A stretch of DNA of 64,000 bases. Origin: an uncultured Gemmatimonadales bacterium. Its GTDB lineage: Bacteria > Gemmatimonadota > Gemmatimonadetes > Longimicrobiales > RSA9. Position 1 is the first letter of the stretch. Each line of letters starts with the position of its first letter. The notes beneath the pieces were generated by a model that worked only from the letters and a program-made list of their open reading frames with translations, was not told the DNA's origin and searched no databases. Positions 19,939-30,150 of this stretch are shown piece by piece. The translations under genes were made by a program, and so were the position numbers. The DNA is taken from NCBI GenBank assembly GCA_963798845.1, contig CAWCUS010000005.1:128001-192000 (forward strand), written 5' to 3'.

Positions 19939-21333
19939 TCAGACGGTACGCGAGAAGACCGGCTTCTCCGCCGCCTTCTCCTTCTCGAGCTGGTAGCGGT
20001 CGAAAGCCATGCAGACGTTCCGGACGAAGAGCCGCCCTTCCGGCGTCACCCGCAGCGCCTCGGGCCCGATCTCGACGAAGCCGGCCTCCCGAACCTCGTC
20101 CAGCCGCGCCAGGGAATCGCCGAGGTAGTCGTCGAAGTCCACCCCGAAGCGCTCCTTCACGTCCGCCTTCCGCACGCGGAAGTTGCACATGATCTGCTGG
20201 ATCACGTGCTGGCGGATGCGGTCGTCCTCGTCGAGGAGGTAGCCGCGGGCCACGGGGAGCCGGCCGGCGTCGAGGGCTTCGTAGTAGGTGCTGAGCTTCT
20301 TCTCGTTCTGGAAGAAGCCGTGTTGCACTTCGCCGATGCCGCTGATTCCCACACCGATCATGTCGGAAGCCGGCATGACGGTGTAGCCCATGAAGTTGCG
20401 GTGCAGCCGCCCCTCGTGCGCTGCCACGCTCAGCTCGTCCTGCGGAAGCGCGAAATGGTCCATGCCGATCGGCTGGTAGCCGGCGGCCAGGAAGCGCTCC
20501 ATGGCCATGATGTACAGCTCCAGCTTCACTTCCGGGCTGGGCAGCTGCTCCTTCTCGAGCTTCTTCTGGTGTCCCCGGATCCAGGGGACGTAGGCGAACG
20601 AGTAGACCGCCACGCGGTCGGGTCGCATGCCGATGACCTGGTCCAGGTTCTTCCCGAAGCTCTCCGGCTCCTGCTTCGGCAGACCGTAGATCAGGTCAAT
20701 GTTGATGCCCTCGTTGAAGCCCAGCTCACGAGCGGTCTCCACCAGTCGGGCGGTCTGCTCGTAGGTCTGGTTCCGATCGATGGCCACCTGAACCTCGGGC
20801 GTGAGGTCCTGCACGCCCAGGCTCAACCGGTTGAATCCGAGCTCCGCCAGCGTCACGAGGTGATCGCGGCTGGTCACGCGCGGGTCCACCTCCAGGGCGC
20901 GCTCGGCGCCGTCCACGAAGCGAAAGTACTTCTGGAAATGCCCGAACAGGTCGGCGAGCTGCGCCGGCGAGTAGTACGTGGGGGTGCCGCCGCCCCAGTG
21001 CATCTGGACGACGCTCCGCCGATCCGGGAGGTGCTCTGCGAGCAGATCGATCTCCCTCTTCAGGTACGCCATGTACTTCTCGGCGACCGGCATGTGCGGC
21101 GTGATGACCACGTGGCAGCCGCAGAAGAGGCAGCGGTGCTCGCAGAACGGCAGGTGCGCATAGAGGCTGAGCGGTGCACCCGCCTTCGCGTTCGCCTCTG
21201 CCAGCTTCGCACGGTACGCGTCCACCCCCACCTCGTCCGTGAACTCCACGGCCGTGGGGTAGGAGGTGTAGCGGGGTCCGGGCCTGTCGAACCGCTTCAC
21301 TGTTTCGAAGTCCACGTGGACCGAGTGCTCCAT
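19939..21333 (-). CDS. hemN: Oxygen-independent coproporphyrinogen III oxidase
   Basis: GPRYTSYPTA, HLPFCEHRCLFCGC, HWGGGTPT, IGMDHFA, RNFMGYT. Confidence 0.95.
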   Translation of the reverse strand: MEHSVHVDFETVKRFDRPGPRYTSYPTAVEFTDEVGVDAYRAKLAEANAKAGAPLSLYAHLPFCEHRCLFCGCHVVITPHMPVAEKYMAYLKREIDLLAEHLPDRRSVVQMHWGGGTPTYYSPAQLADLFGHFQKYFRFVDGAERALEVDPRVTSRDHLVTLAELGFNRLSLGVQDLTPEVQVAIDRNQTYEQTARLVETARELGFNEGINIDLIYGLPKQEPESFGKNLDQVIGMRPDRVAVYSFAYVPWIRGHQKKLEKEQLPSPEVKLELYIMAMERFLAAGYQPIGMDHFALPQDELSVAAHEGRLHRNFMGYTVMPASDMIGVGISGIGEVQHGFFQNEKKLSTYYEALDAGRLPVARGYLLDEDDRIRQHVIQQIMCNFRVRKADVKERFGVDFDDYLGDSLARLDEVREAGFVEIGPEALRVTPEGRLFVRNVCMAFDRYQLEKEKAAEKPVFSRTV

Positions 21334-21341
21334 GACTGCCT

Positions 21342-22424
21342 CTATCGCAACGTCTGCTCGTGGACCCGGTCGACCAGGAACGCCACCGCATCCGGCTCGG
21401 TGGTCCGCTCGATCCCGTGGCCCAGGTTGAAGATGTGTCCCGGCGCCGGCCCCGCGGATTCCAGCACCCGGTCGATCTGCCGCGCCAGCTCCGCTCGCGG
21501 GGCGAACAGCGCCGCCGGGTCCAGATTACCCTGCACCGCCAGCTGCGGTCCGAGGATCGCCCGGGCATCCGCCAGCGGGAGGCGCCAGTCGATCCCGATG
21601 ACGTCGGCGCCCGACTCGGCGGCCGCCGCGAGCAGCGTCGCCCCCTGGTGCGGGAAGTAGAGCAGCGGGACGTCGTGCTCCTTCAGCGCCGCGACCACCC
21701 GCTGCACGGCCGGCAGCGCGAACCTCCGGTACTCGTGCGGGGCCAGGATCCCCGCCCACGAGTCGAAGATCATGAGTGCCTGTGCCCCCGCTTCCGCCTG
21801 CGCGCCGAGGTAGCGCGCCGTGGTGTCCGCCAGCTTGTCCAGCAGCATTCTCGCCGTTTCGGGCTCGCTGAACAGAAAGGCTTTCGCCTCGTGGAACGTC
21901 TTCGAGCCCTTCCCCTGCACCGCATAGCAGAACGTCGTGAACGGCGCGCCCCCGAAGCCGATGAGCGGGGCGCTGGACGGCAGCTCGCGACGCAGGATCC
22001 GGATCGTCTCCAGGACGAACGGCGTCGTCTCCTCGGGATCCGCCACGCGCAGCGCATGCACGTCGGCGGCGGAGCGGATCGGCGCCCGGATCACGGGCCC
22101 CGGATCGAAGTCCAGATCGATGCCCATCCCCTCGATGGGCGTCATGATGTCGCTGAACAGGATGGCCGCGTCCATGTCGTAGCGGCGGATCGGCTGAAGC
22201 GTGACCTCGGCCGCCAGCTCCGGCGTCTTGGTCAGCGTCAGGAAGTCGACCTTGGCCCGCACCGCGCGGTACTCCGGCAGGTATCGTCCCGCCTGGCGCA
22301 TGATCCACACCGGCGTGCGCTCGACCGGCTCGCAGCGACAGGCGCGCAGGAACACCGGCTCCTGAACGGCGTCGGCCCCGGCCCGCCGCGCGTCCGGCGA
22401 CGGCTGCCCCGTTGCGCCGCTCAC
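21342..22424 (-). CDS. hemE: Uroporphyrinogen decarboxylase
   Basis: PVWIMRQAGRYLPEY, AAILFSDI, QGNLDP, HIFNLGHG; GTG start overlapping the hemL stop. Confidence 0.95.
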   Translation of the reverse strand: MSGATGQPSPDARRAGADAVQEPVFLRACRCEPVERTPVWIMRQAGRYLPEYRAVRAKVDFLTLTKTPELAAEVTLQPIRRYDMDAAILFSDIMTPIEGMGIDLDFDPGPVIRAPIRSAADVHALRVADPEETTPFVLETIRILRRELPSSAPLIGFGGAPFTTFCYAVQGKGSKTFHEAKAFLFSEPETARMLLDKLADTTARYLGAQAEAGAQALMIFDSWAGILAPHEYRRFALPAVQRVVAALKEHDVPLLYFPHQGATLLAAAAESGADVIGIDWRLPLADARAILGPQLAVQGNLDPAALFAPRAELARQIDRVLESAGPAPGHIFNLGHGIERTTEPDAVAFLVDRVHEQTLR

Positions 22425-23758
22425 CCGAGTACCTCTCCGAGGACCTCGGCTGCCGCCGCCACGGTGTCGTCCACGTCCACGTGGGTGTGGGCGGCCGAAA
22501 GGAAAAGCGCCTCGAAGGGGCTGGGCGGCAGGTAGAACCCGCGCTCTAGCATGCCGTGGAAGTACCGCGCGAATGCGCTCCGGTCCTGGACCTTGGCGGT
22601 GTCCCAACCCTGAACGGGGCCGGCCGCGAAGAAGAGCGTGGCCATGGCGCCCACCCGGTTCCACGACAGCCGATCCGCGTGCTCGGCGACGATCTGCCGC
22701 ATCCCCGCCTCCAGCCTCGACCCCAGCGACTCGAGCCGGTCGTACAGCTCCGGGTGCGCACGCAGGTGCCTGAGCGTGGCCAGACCTCCGGCCACGGCCA
22801 GCGGGTTGCCCGACAGCGTGCCGGCCTGGTAGACGGGGCCGTCCGGCGCGATCCTGCGCATCAGGTCCTCGCGACCACCGAACGCGCCTACCGGCAGTCC
22901 TCCGCCGATCACCTTTCCCATCGTGGTGAGGTCGGGACGGACCCCGAAGCGCCCCTGTGCCCCCCCCGCCGCCACCCGGAAGCCGGTCATGACCTCGTCG
23001 AAGATCAGGAGCGCGCCGTGCTCGTCGCATAGCGCGCGCAGCCCTTCCAGGAAGCCCGGCAGCGGCGGCACGCAGCCCATGTTCCCGGCCACCGGCTCCA
23101 CGATCAACGCCGCCACTTCGCCGGGCCGCTCCTCCATGAGCGCCCGGACCGAGTCCAGGTCGTTGTATTCGGCCACCAGCGTGTCCCTCGCCGCGCCCTC
23201 AGTCACGCCGGGGCTCGACGGCACGCCCAGCGTCGCTGCACCGGAGCCCGCCTCCACCAGGAATGCGTCCGCGTGCCCGTGGTAGCCGCCGCGGAACTTG
23301 ATGAGGCCCGCGCGTCGGGTGGCCGCCCGCGCGAGCCGGAGCGCGCTCATGGTCGCCTCGGTCCCGCTGTTCACGAAGCGGACCACGTCCACCGACGGGA
23401 CCATGTCCACCACCAGCTCGGCCAGGTCCACCTCGCCGGGCGACGGGGCCCCGAACGACGTCCCGCGCTCCAGCGCCGCCGCCAGCGCCGCGCGCACTTC
23501 GGGGTGGTCGTGCCCCAGGATCATGGGTCCCCACGATCCCACGTAGTCGACGTACTCGTTGCCGTCGGCATCGGTCATGCGCGCGCCGGACGCGCTGGAG
23601 ATGAACCGGGGCGTGCCGCCCACCGAGCCGAAGGCACGCACGGGGCTGTTCACCCCGCCCGGGATCACCGCCTTCGCCGCCTCGAACAGACGCTCGCTTT
23701 CGGTCGTCCTCATTCCCACCGCGGTACGGGTCCCCGTTTCCGTCCGTCCCTGGGCCAC
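22421..23758 (-). CDS. hemL: Glutamate-1-semialdehyde 2,1-aminomutase
   Basis: IPGGVNSPVRAF, NSGTEATMSA, FDEVMTGFR, GKVIGGG, YQAGTLSGNP; start GTG 23758 or ATG 23713. Confidence 0.96.
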   Translation of the reverse strand: MAQGRTETGTRTAVGMRTTESERLFEAAKAVIPGGVNSPVRAFGSVGGTPRFISSASGARMTDADGNEYVDYVGSWGPMILGHDHPEVRAALAAALERGTSFGAPSPGEVDLAELVVDMVPSVDVVRFVNSGTEATMSALRLARAATRRAGLIKFRGGYHGHADAFLVEAGSGAATLGVPSSPGVTEGAARDTLVAEYNDLDSVRALMEERPGEVAALIVEPVAGNMGCVPPLPGFLEGLRALCDEHGALLIFDEVMTGFRVAAGGAQGRFGVRPDLTTMGKVIGGGLPVGAFGGREDLMRRIAPDGPVYQAGTLSGNPLAVAGGLATLRHLRAHPELYDRLESLGSRLEAGMRQIVAEHADRLSWNRVGAMATLFFAAGPVQGWDTAKVQDRSAFARYFHGMLERGFYLPPSPFEALFLSAAHTHVDVDDTVAAAAEVLGEVLG

Positions 23759-23760
23759 GT

Positions 23761-24753
23761 TCAGGCGTTCTCCCGGCGCAGCGCCCGCGCCACGTCCTTC
23801 GCGAAATACGTCAGGATCAGGTCGGCGCCAGCACGCTTCAGCCCCAGCAGGCTCTCCATCGCGATCCGCGCCTCGTCCACCCACCCCTTCTCCGCGGCGG
23901 CCTTGATGAGCGCGTATTCCCCGGACACCTGGTAGGCGGCGGTGGGCATGCGGAACGTCTCCTTCACGCGGTAGAGGATGTCCATGTACGGGCCCGCGGG
24001 CTTCACCATGACGATGTCCGCGCCCTCCATGATGTCGAGCTCCACCTCCCGCAGCGCTTCCTCCGCGTTGGCCGGGTCCATCTGGTAGCCGCGGCGGTCG
24101 CCGAACGCCGGCGCGGAGTGGGCGGCGTCGCGGAAGGGCCCGTAGTACGCCGAAGCGTACTTCGCCGCGTATGCGACGATCGGGACGTGGCTCAGCCCGG
24201 CCTCGTCCAGCTCGTCCCGGATGGCCGCGACGCGTCCGTCCATCATGTCGCTGGGCGCCACCGCGTCCGCGCCCGCCTCCGCATAGACCCGCGCCGCTCG
24301 CGCCAGCAGCATCAGCGTCGGGTCGTTGTCCACCTCGCCGTCGTCGTTGAGCAGGCCACAGTGGCCGTGAGACGTGTATTCACACATGCACACGTCGGCC
24401 CACACAAGGAGATCCGGCACCTCCTTCTTGAGTGCCCGGAGGGCCCGCGGCACCAGCCCGTCCGGGTCGTACGCCCCCGTGCCCTCGGGGTCCTTCTCCT
24501 CGTCCGGCGGCACGCCGAACAGGATCACGCCCGGGATCCCCAGCGCCGCCACCTCGCGGCACTCCTTCACCAGCTCGTCCACCGAGAGGTTCTCCACCCC
24601 AGGCATGCTCTTCACCGGGATGCGCACGCCCTCACCTTCCACCACGAACATCGGGTAGATCAGGTCGTTCACCGTCAGCGCGGTCTCCCGCACCGCTCGC
24701 CGCCACGTCTCGCCCCGGCGCAGTCGCCGCGGCCTGTTCATCGGATAGCTCAT
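23761..24753 (-). CDS. hemB: Porphobilinogen synthase (Zn-type)
   Basis: [44 protein letters not shown]. Confidence 0.96.
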   Translation of the reverse strand: MSYPMNRPRRLRRGETWRRAVRETALTVNDLIYPMFVVEGEGVRIPVKSMPGVENLSVDELVKECREVAALGIPGVILFGVPPDEEKDPEGTGAYDPDGLVPRALRALKKEVPDLLVWADVCMCEYTSHGHCGLLNDDGEVDNDPTLMLLARAARVYAEAGADAVAPSDMMDGRVAAIRDELDEAGLSHVPIVAYAAKYASAYYGPFRDAAHSAPAFGDRRGYQMDPANAEEALREVELDIMEGADIVMVKPAGPYMDILYRVKETFRMPTAAYQVSGEYALIKAAAEKGWVDEARIAMESLLGLKRAGADLILTYFAKDVARALRRENA

Positions 24754-25547
24754 GTCGCTCCTCTGGCACCTCCACCGGCGAAGCGCCGCTCGACGGCGTC
24801 CGCCAATCCTTCGAACGAATGCTCCTCTGCCTCCACGACTTCCCGGACCCCGAGTCCGCGGAGCGCCGTGGTCGTGGTCGGGCCGATCGCGACGAACGGG
24901 AACGTCGTCGCCAGCTCCCTGAACAGCGCCTCCCCGAGCGCCGCGACCAGGTTCTCCGCCGACGACGGGCTCGTCACGGTGATCGCCGCCACGGCTTCCC
25001 TCTCCACCAGGCGCCGACACGCTTCGACGTCCAGCGAAACGGGGACGATCCGATAAGCGGTCACCCGATCCACAATCGCACCCGCGCGCTCCAGCCCCTC
25101 CGGCACCTGGTCGCGCGCCAGCTCGGAAGCGGGAAACAGGATCCGCGCCCCACGTCCCAGCCCGTCGCACTGGAACGCAGCCACCAGAGCCGCGCCGGTC
25201 TGGTCGCCCGGGATGAGGTCCACCCCCCAGCCCACCGCTTCGGCGGCTCCCGCGGTTCCCTCCCCGACCGCCGCCACGCGCACCCCGGCCGGGATCTCCG
25301 CGACCAGCGCCGCCACGGCATCGACGGCCCGACGGCTGGTGAGGACGATCCAGTCGTAGCGTCCGAGGTCCGCGAGCGCGGCCTGCAGCGGGGCCGGGTC
25401 CTGCGGTGGGGTCGCGGCGAGGACGGGCCAGTGGATCACGGCGGCCCCGCGCTCGCGCAGCGCGGCGCTGAGCGGTCCGTCCCCGTCCTCGTCCCGCGTC
25501 ACGACAACCCCCAGGCCGGACAGCGGCCGTTCAGTGCGTCCCGACAC
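24750..25547 (-). CDS. hemD: Uroporphyrinogen-III synthase
   Basis: [31 protein letters not shown]; located between hemC and hemB. Confidence 0.88.
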   Translation of the reverse strand: MSGRTERPLSGLGVVVTRDEDGDGPLSAALRERGAAVIHWPVLAATPPQDPAPLQAALADLGRYDWIVLTSRRAVDAVAALVAEIPAGVRVAAVGEGTAGAAEAVGWGVDLIPGDQTGAALVAAFQCDGLGRGARILFPASELARDQVPEGLERAGAIVDRVTAYRIVPVSLDVEACRRLVEREAVAAITVTSPSSAENLVAALGEALFRELATTFPFVAIGPTTTTALRGLGVREVVEAEEHSFEGLADAVERRFAGGGARGAT

Positions 25548-26484
25548 CGGACTCCAGGGCAGTACGGATCGCGTCCATTATGGCCCCGCCGCCACGCTTG
25601 AGGAGCGACCGGGCCAGGCGGCGTCCCAGCGCTTCTGCATCGGTCGGATCACCCGTGATCGACCCCTCCACGGTGCGGCTCCCATCCAGGGCGGCCAGGG
25701 CCGCCCGAAGCGTCAGCTCCTTCTCGTGGATGGTGGCATGGGCACCCAGCGGCACCTGGCACCCGCCCTCCACCTCGTGCAGGAGGGCGCGCTCGGCGAG
25801 CGTGCGGCGCCGCGTGTCTTCGTGGTCGAGCGGCATCAGCCACCGCCCCGCCCGCGGGTCGTCCGCCCTCGCCTCGATCCCGATCGCGCCCTGCGAGACG
25901 GCGGGCAGCAGGATGCCGGCGGGAAAATAGTCGGTGATGCGCTCGCTCAGCCCCAGCCGCTTCACGCCCGCCGCCGCCAGGACGATGCCGTCGTAGTCGC
26001 CGTCGTCGAGCCGGCGGATGCGCGTCGGCACGTTGCCGCGCAGATCGCTGAGCCGGAGATCGTCGCGCCAGGTGCGCAGGAAGGCGCGGCGTCGAAGGCT
26101 GCTCGTACCCACGCGAGCGCCCGCGGGCAGGGATTCCAGCCGGAGGCCGGGTCGGGCGATGAGCACGTCGCGCGGGTCTTCCCGCTCCAGGACCGCCACG
26201 AGCGCCAGGCCCTCGGGCATCGTGGTGGCCAGGTCCTTCAGCGAATGGACGGCCAGGTCCACGCGACCATCCAGGATCGCCTGCTCCAGCTCCTTGGTGA
26301 AGAACGCCTTGCCCGGCAACGCCGACAGCGCCACATCCTGGATCCGGTCCCCCTCGGTCTCGACATGGACCAGCTCCACGGCCGGCGCATCGGTCAGCCC
26401 CCGGATCCTCGCCGCGACGTGCTCGGCCTGCCAGAGCGCCAGCGCCGATGCCCGCGTCCCGATCCGCAGAATCCGCTGGCTCAC
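25531..26484 (-). CDS. hemC: Hydroxymethylbilane synthase
   Basis: RIGTRASALALWQA, AVHSLKD, GTSSLRR, LRGNVPTR, EGGCQVP. Confidence 0.96.
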   Translation of the reverse strand: MSQRILRIGTRASALALWQAEHVAARIRGLTDAPAVELVHVETEGDRIQDVALSALPGKAFFTKELEQAILDGRVDLAVHSLKDLATTMPEGLALVAVLEREDPRDVLIARPGLRLESLPAGARVGTSSLRRRAFLRTWRDDLRLSDLRGNVPTRIRRLDDGDYDGIVLAAAGVKRLGLSERITDYFPAGILLPAVSQGAIGIEARADDPRAGRWLMPLDHEDTRRRTLAERALLHEVEGGCQVPLGAHATIHEKELTLRAALAALDGSRTVEGSITGDPTDAEALGRRLARSLLKRGGGAIMDAIRTALESGVGTH

Positions 26485-27785
26485 TCCTCGCCCCCTTCGT
26501 CGTCGCCCGCGTCCCGATAGCGCTCCGGCTCCAGCTCGAACAGCTCCTGCACGGCAACCAGCTTGGTCAGCCCGTGGTACGTCGCCGAGTCCATGTTCCG
26601 GATCCGCGTCGTGGGCTGGTGAAGCAGCTTGTTGATCAGCGCGCGCGTGTACGCCTGCAGGACTTCCTCGTCCGCACGGCCGAAGCGTCGCCCATGCTTC
26701 GCCGCCTCCTCCCGCCCGATCTCGTGGAACCGGTCCCGGAGCGCCCGCAGCACGGGCACGACCTGGAGCGAGTCGTACCAGGCGAAGAACGCGTCCACTT
26801 CCTCATCCACGATCCTCTCCACCCGCGGGATCTCCTTCGACCGCCGCGAGCGGTTCTGATCGGCGATGCTCTCCAGCGCGTCCAGGTCGTACAGGAAGAT
26901 GCTGTCGATCTTTCCCACCGCCGGATCGATGTTGCGCGGGTTGGAAATGTCGATCAGCACCAGCGGAGAGCGGCCGCGTTTCTTCATCACCGCGTTCAGG
27001 TGGTCGCTCTGGAGCACCGGCTCCGGCGACGACGTGGCGGTCACCACCACACTCGCCTCCCGCAGCGCCTCCTCCAGCTGCTCGAACGGGCGCGCCTCGC
27101 CACCCAGCTCCCGGGCCAGCCGCTCCGCCCGCTCGAACGTCCGGTTCAGGACCACCAGCCGGCCCGGCTTCTGGTCCGCAAGGTGCCTCGCGGCCAGGGT
27201 TCCCGTCTCCCCGGCGCCCACCACCACGACCGTGTGCTTCTCGAGGCCGTCGAACACCTTCAGCGCCATTTCCACGGCGGCGTACGCTACCGAAACGGTT
27301 CCTTTCCCGATGTCCGTCTCCGTGCGGGCCCGTTTTCCGACGTGGACCGCGGAGTTGAACAGCCGCGTCAGGACCGCACCCGCCCCCCGGCTCTGGTCCG
27401 CCATCTTGTGCGCGTCTCGGACCTGACCGAGGATCTGCGGCTCGCCCACCATCAGCGACTCGATCCCCGCGGCCACCCGGAACAGGTGCTGCACCCCCTG
27501 GCGACCCTTCAGCAGGTAGGTGTAGCGACCGTTGCCCAGGTGCGGGACGCCCTTCTGAAGAGCCACGGCCTCGCGGATCAGTCCCTCGCCCACCGGCGGC
27601 TCCCTCACCAGCGAGTAGATCTCCGTCCGGTTGCACGTGGAGAGGACCGACACCTCGAGCACGTCCTCGCGCCGCCCGCGCAGACGGCCGCAGAACTGCT
27701 CCACGTCCATGGGGCTGAACTGGACCTGGTCCCGGATCTCCGCCGGTGCGGTATCGTGGCTCGTGCCGAGGACGATCAGGTCCAT
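26481..27785 (-). CDS. hemA: Glutamyl-tRNA reductase
   Basis: STCNRTE, HLFRVAAG, GEPQILGQV, GAGETG, PRNID. Confidence 0.96.
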   Translation of the reverse strand: MDLIVLGTSHDTAPAEIRDQVQFSPMDVEQFCGRLRGRREDVLEVSVLSTCNRTEIYSLVREPPVGEGLIREAVALQKGVPHLGNGRYTYLLKGRQGVQHLFRVAAGIESLMVGEPQILGQVRDAHKMADQSRGAGAVLTRLFNSAVHVGKRARTETDIGKGTVSVAYAAVEMALKVFDGLEKHTVVVVGAGETGTLAARHLADQKPGRLVVLNRTFERAERLARELGGEARPFEQLEEALREASVVVTATSSPEPVLQSDHLNAVMKKRGRSPLVLIDISNPRNIDPAVGKIDSIFLYDLDALESIADQNRSRRSKEIPRVERIVDEEVDAFFAWYDSLQVVPVLRALRDRFHEIGREEAAKHGRRFGRADEEVLQAYTRALINKLLHQPTTRIRNMDSATYHGLTKLVAVQELFELEPERYRDAGDDEGGEE

Positions 27786-27789
27786 GTTC

Positions 27790-28629
27790 TCATGTGAAGT
27801 CGTGGAACGACGGAATCAGCAGCGTCACGGTGAGCGACGACGCGACCATGAAGCCGAACGCGAACACCGTGACCGAGGCCAGGGTGCTCTTCGGCCACCG
27901 GAACAGCCAGAGCCCCAAGAGACAGGCGCCGTACACGAACCAGACGGCCGCGGTCAGAAGGAACTTGGGATCCACCAGCAGGTTCACGTCCAGCTGGCCC
28001 GTGTGTTCCAGCGTGAGCGCCCACACGGTCCCCGCCAGGATCGCCGCGGTGAGCGCCGACCACCCCAGTCCGAGCGCCCACACGTTGAGGCGCGACAGCG
28101 TCTCCAGGTTGGGCAGCCGCTGGAAGAGCAGGCCCACCTGCTTCCGCTTCAGCTGCCGGTACTGCAGCAGGTACATGACGCCGTACAGCGCGGACACCGC
28201 CAGCGAGACGTACCCGATCATAGCCGTGGTCACGTGGATACCGAACATCGGCGAGCGCAGGATCTCCGGCACCTCTCCGCTGTGCGTGATGAACGCCGTC
28301 GAGAGCATCTGGAGAAAGAGCACCCCCGCGAGCAGGAACGCCCCCGTCGCCCGGTCCCGCATCTGCCACTCCAGGACGAGGTACACGAGCGCCACCGCCC
28401 ACGCGATGAACGTCAGGCTCTCCCATGTATTCGCCAGGGGGATGTGCCGGTACGCGAGCCCGCTCAGCACCAGGTAGACCACGTGCACGGTCACCACCAC
28501 CCACGTGATCGCCGGCGCCGCCCACGCCACGCGCGCTTCCGGCTGCGCAAACACGAAAACGTACGCCAGCAGCGCCAGCAGGTACCCCACCGGGAGAAGC
28601 CCGTTCAGGACCGCGAGCGTGGTCAGCAT
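27790..28629 (-). CDS. CcsA/HemX-like cytochrome c assembly family membrane protein
   Basis: About 8 TM; conserved His (GIHV), RLPNLETL, DPK motif; directly upstream of hemA. Confidence 0.8.
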   Translation of the reverse strand: MLTTLAVLNGLLPVGYLLALLAYVFVFAQPEARVAWAAPAITWVVVTVHVVYLVLSGLAYRHIPLANTWESLTFIAWAVALVYLVLEWQMRDRATGAFLLAGVLFLQMLSTAFITHSGEVPEILRSPMFGIHVTTAMIGYVSLAVSALYGVMYLLQYRQLKRKQVGLLFQRLPNLETLSRLNVWALGLGWSALTAAILAGTVWALTLEHTGQLDVNLLVDPKFLLTAAVWFVYGACLLGLWLFRWPKSTLASVTVFAFGFMVASSLTVTLLIPSFHDFT

Positions 28630-28633
28630 GGGC

Positions 28634-29746
28634 TCACACCTTCACGGGCGTCCGTTCGAACGGAGCCACGGGGTTCAGGATGTTGCGGCACTCGGGGTTC
28701 GTGCACCCGGGGCAGCGCAGACCGTACTGCCGCGAACACGCCTCTCCGGCGCGCATGTGCTCCAGCACGATGTCCGCCAGCGCCTCCTGGAACTCCGGGT
28801 CCGCGTTCAGAGAGGGCGCGCGGCGGAAGTTCTCTATCCCCACCTCGTGCGCCAGCTCGCCGTACTCGATGTCGATCTCCGAAAGCGTCTCGATGTGGTC
28901 GCTCGTGAAGGCGATTCCCACCACCAGGACGTCCCTCTGTCCCTTCGCCCCCAGGTCCTTGATCACCTGTTCCGTGCTCGGACCCTGCCAGCGCACCGGG
29001 CCTACCTCCGACTGGTACGAAAGCAGGTACCGATTCGCGAAACCGCCCGCCTTCATCACCTCGTGCACGCTCGCACCCACCTCCTGCGGGTACGGGTCGC
29101 CTCGGTCGATGATCGACAGCGGCAGAGAGTGCGCGCTGAACAGCAGCAGAACGTCGTCCCGCGCCTCCGCCGCCCACGTCTCCAGTCCTTCCCTGACCTT
29201 TTTCGCCATCGCCGCCACGAAGCCCCAATGCGTCGGCCAGCGGTCGATCACGCTCCAGCGGAACGCTTCCCGCATCCCGAGCCGCTCCGCCGCTCGCCAC
29301 AGCTCGTTCAGGCTCGACCCCGTCGTCGCACACGAGAACTGCTGGTACTGCGTGAATGCCACCGCGCGCTCCACACCGTCCGCCTTCATCGCCGCCAGCG
29401 CGTCCTCGCTCCGAGGGTGGATGTAGCGGAATGCCACGTAGAACCGGTGCGGCGCCGTTTCCGGCGACAGTCGGTCCAGACGCTCCACCATCCCGGCACC
29501 CTGCTCTCGCGTCCACTTCAGGATCGGCGACCCGCCACCGATCCCCCGGTACAGCTCCTGGACGCCCTTCGTCCGCCGGTTCGCGATGAACGGACCCAGC
29601 CAGTCCTGCAGAGGCAGCTGGATGATCTCTCGATCGGCAAACAGCTCCAGCAGGAACGGGCGCACGTCCTCCAGGGTCTCCGGACCCCCGAGGTTCAGCA
29701 TCACGATCCCTGTCCCTCCAGATTTCCCCTCCCCCTTCGTCCCCAT
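28634..29746 (-). CDS. hemH: Protoporphyrin ferrochelatase, mammalian-like with [2Fe-2S] ligands
   Basis: GIVMLNLGGPE, FSCATTGSS, FSAHSLP, RGDPYPQEV, FTSDHIETLSEIDIE, C-terminal CPGCTNPEC; ATG 29746. Confidence 0.95.
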   Translation of the reverse strand: MGTKGEGKSGGTGIVMLNLGGPETLEDVRPFLLELFADREIIQLPLQDWLGPFIANRRTKGVQELYRGIGGGSPILKWTREQGAGMVERLDRLSPETAPHRFYVAFRYIHPRSEDALAAMKADGVERAVAFTQYQQFSCATTGSSLNELWRAAERLGMREAFRWSVIDRWPTHWGFVAAMAKKVREGLETWAAEARDDVLLLFSAHSLPLSIIDRGDPYPQEVGASVHEVMKAGGFANRYLLSYQSEVGPVRWQGPSTEQVIKDLGAKGQRDVLVVGIAFTSDHIETLSEIDIEYGELAHEVGIENFRRAPSLNADPEFQEALADIVLEHMRAGEACSRQYGLRCPGCTNPECRNILNPVAPFERTPVKV

Positions 29747-30150
29747 CTCTTTCCCGTTTGCGCCTGTTTCCGATTCGGCCCGACGGCCACCGTCGGCCGA
29801 AAGCTCGCACAAGCCCCGGAGCGCAACAAGACGCGCCATTCCTGCCCTGGCGCCCCGCCGCCGCCCTATCCGCGCGCAATTTCGCTCACCCGGCCACCGG
29901 GTACTACCCGGAGTTGCACCATTCTGCCGTCGGGACACCTCGGCGGGACGGTGTGGGAAGATCCCTTACGCGCGGGAGCGAGGATGCCGCACGCCGCGGC
30001 GGATACCCCTTGTCCGGGGTTTCCCCGCTCGCCTGCGCCCGCTCCTCATCGCGCGAAGCGCGCGCGCCCGCGTTCGCGCACGCCGAGGACGGGCGGGGCG
30101 CGTTCGCAGGAGCCAGCGACCCGCGCTGGCGGCGCGGGGCCGGGGCCCGA

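Noticed and set aside
29822..29838. TGGCGC..TTGC upstream of hemH as a sigma54 promoter
   Set aside because: The GG-to-GC spacing is 11 nt rather than the required 10.
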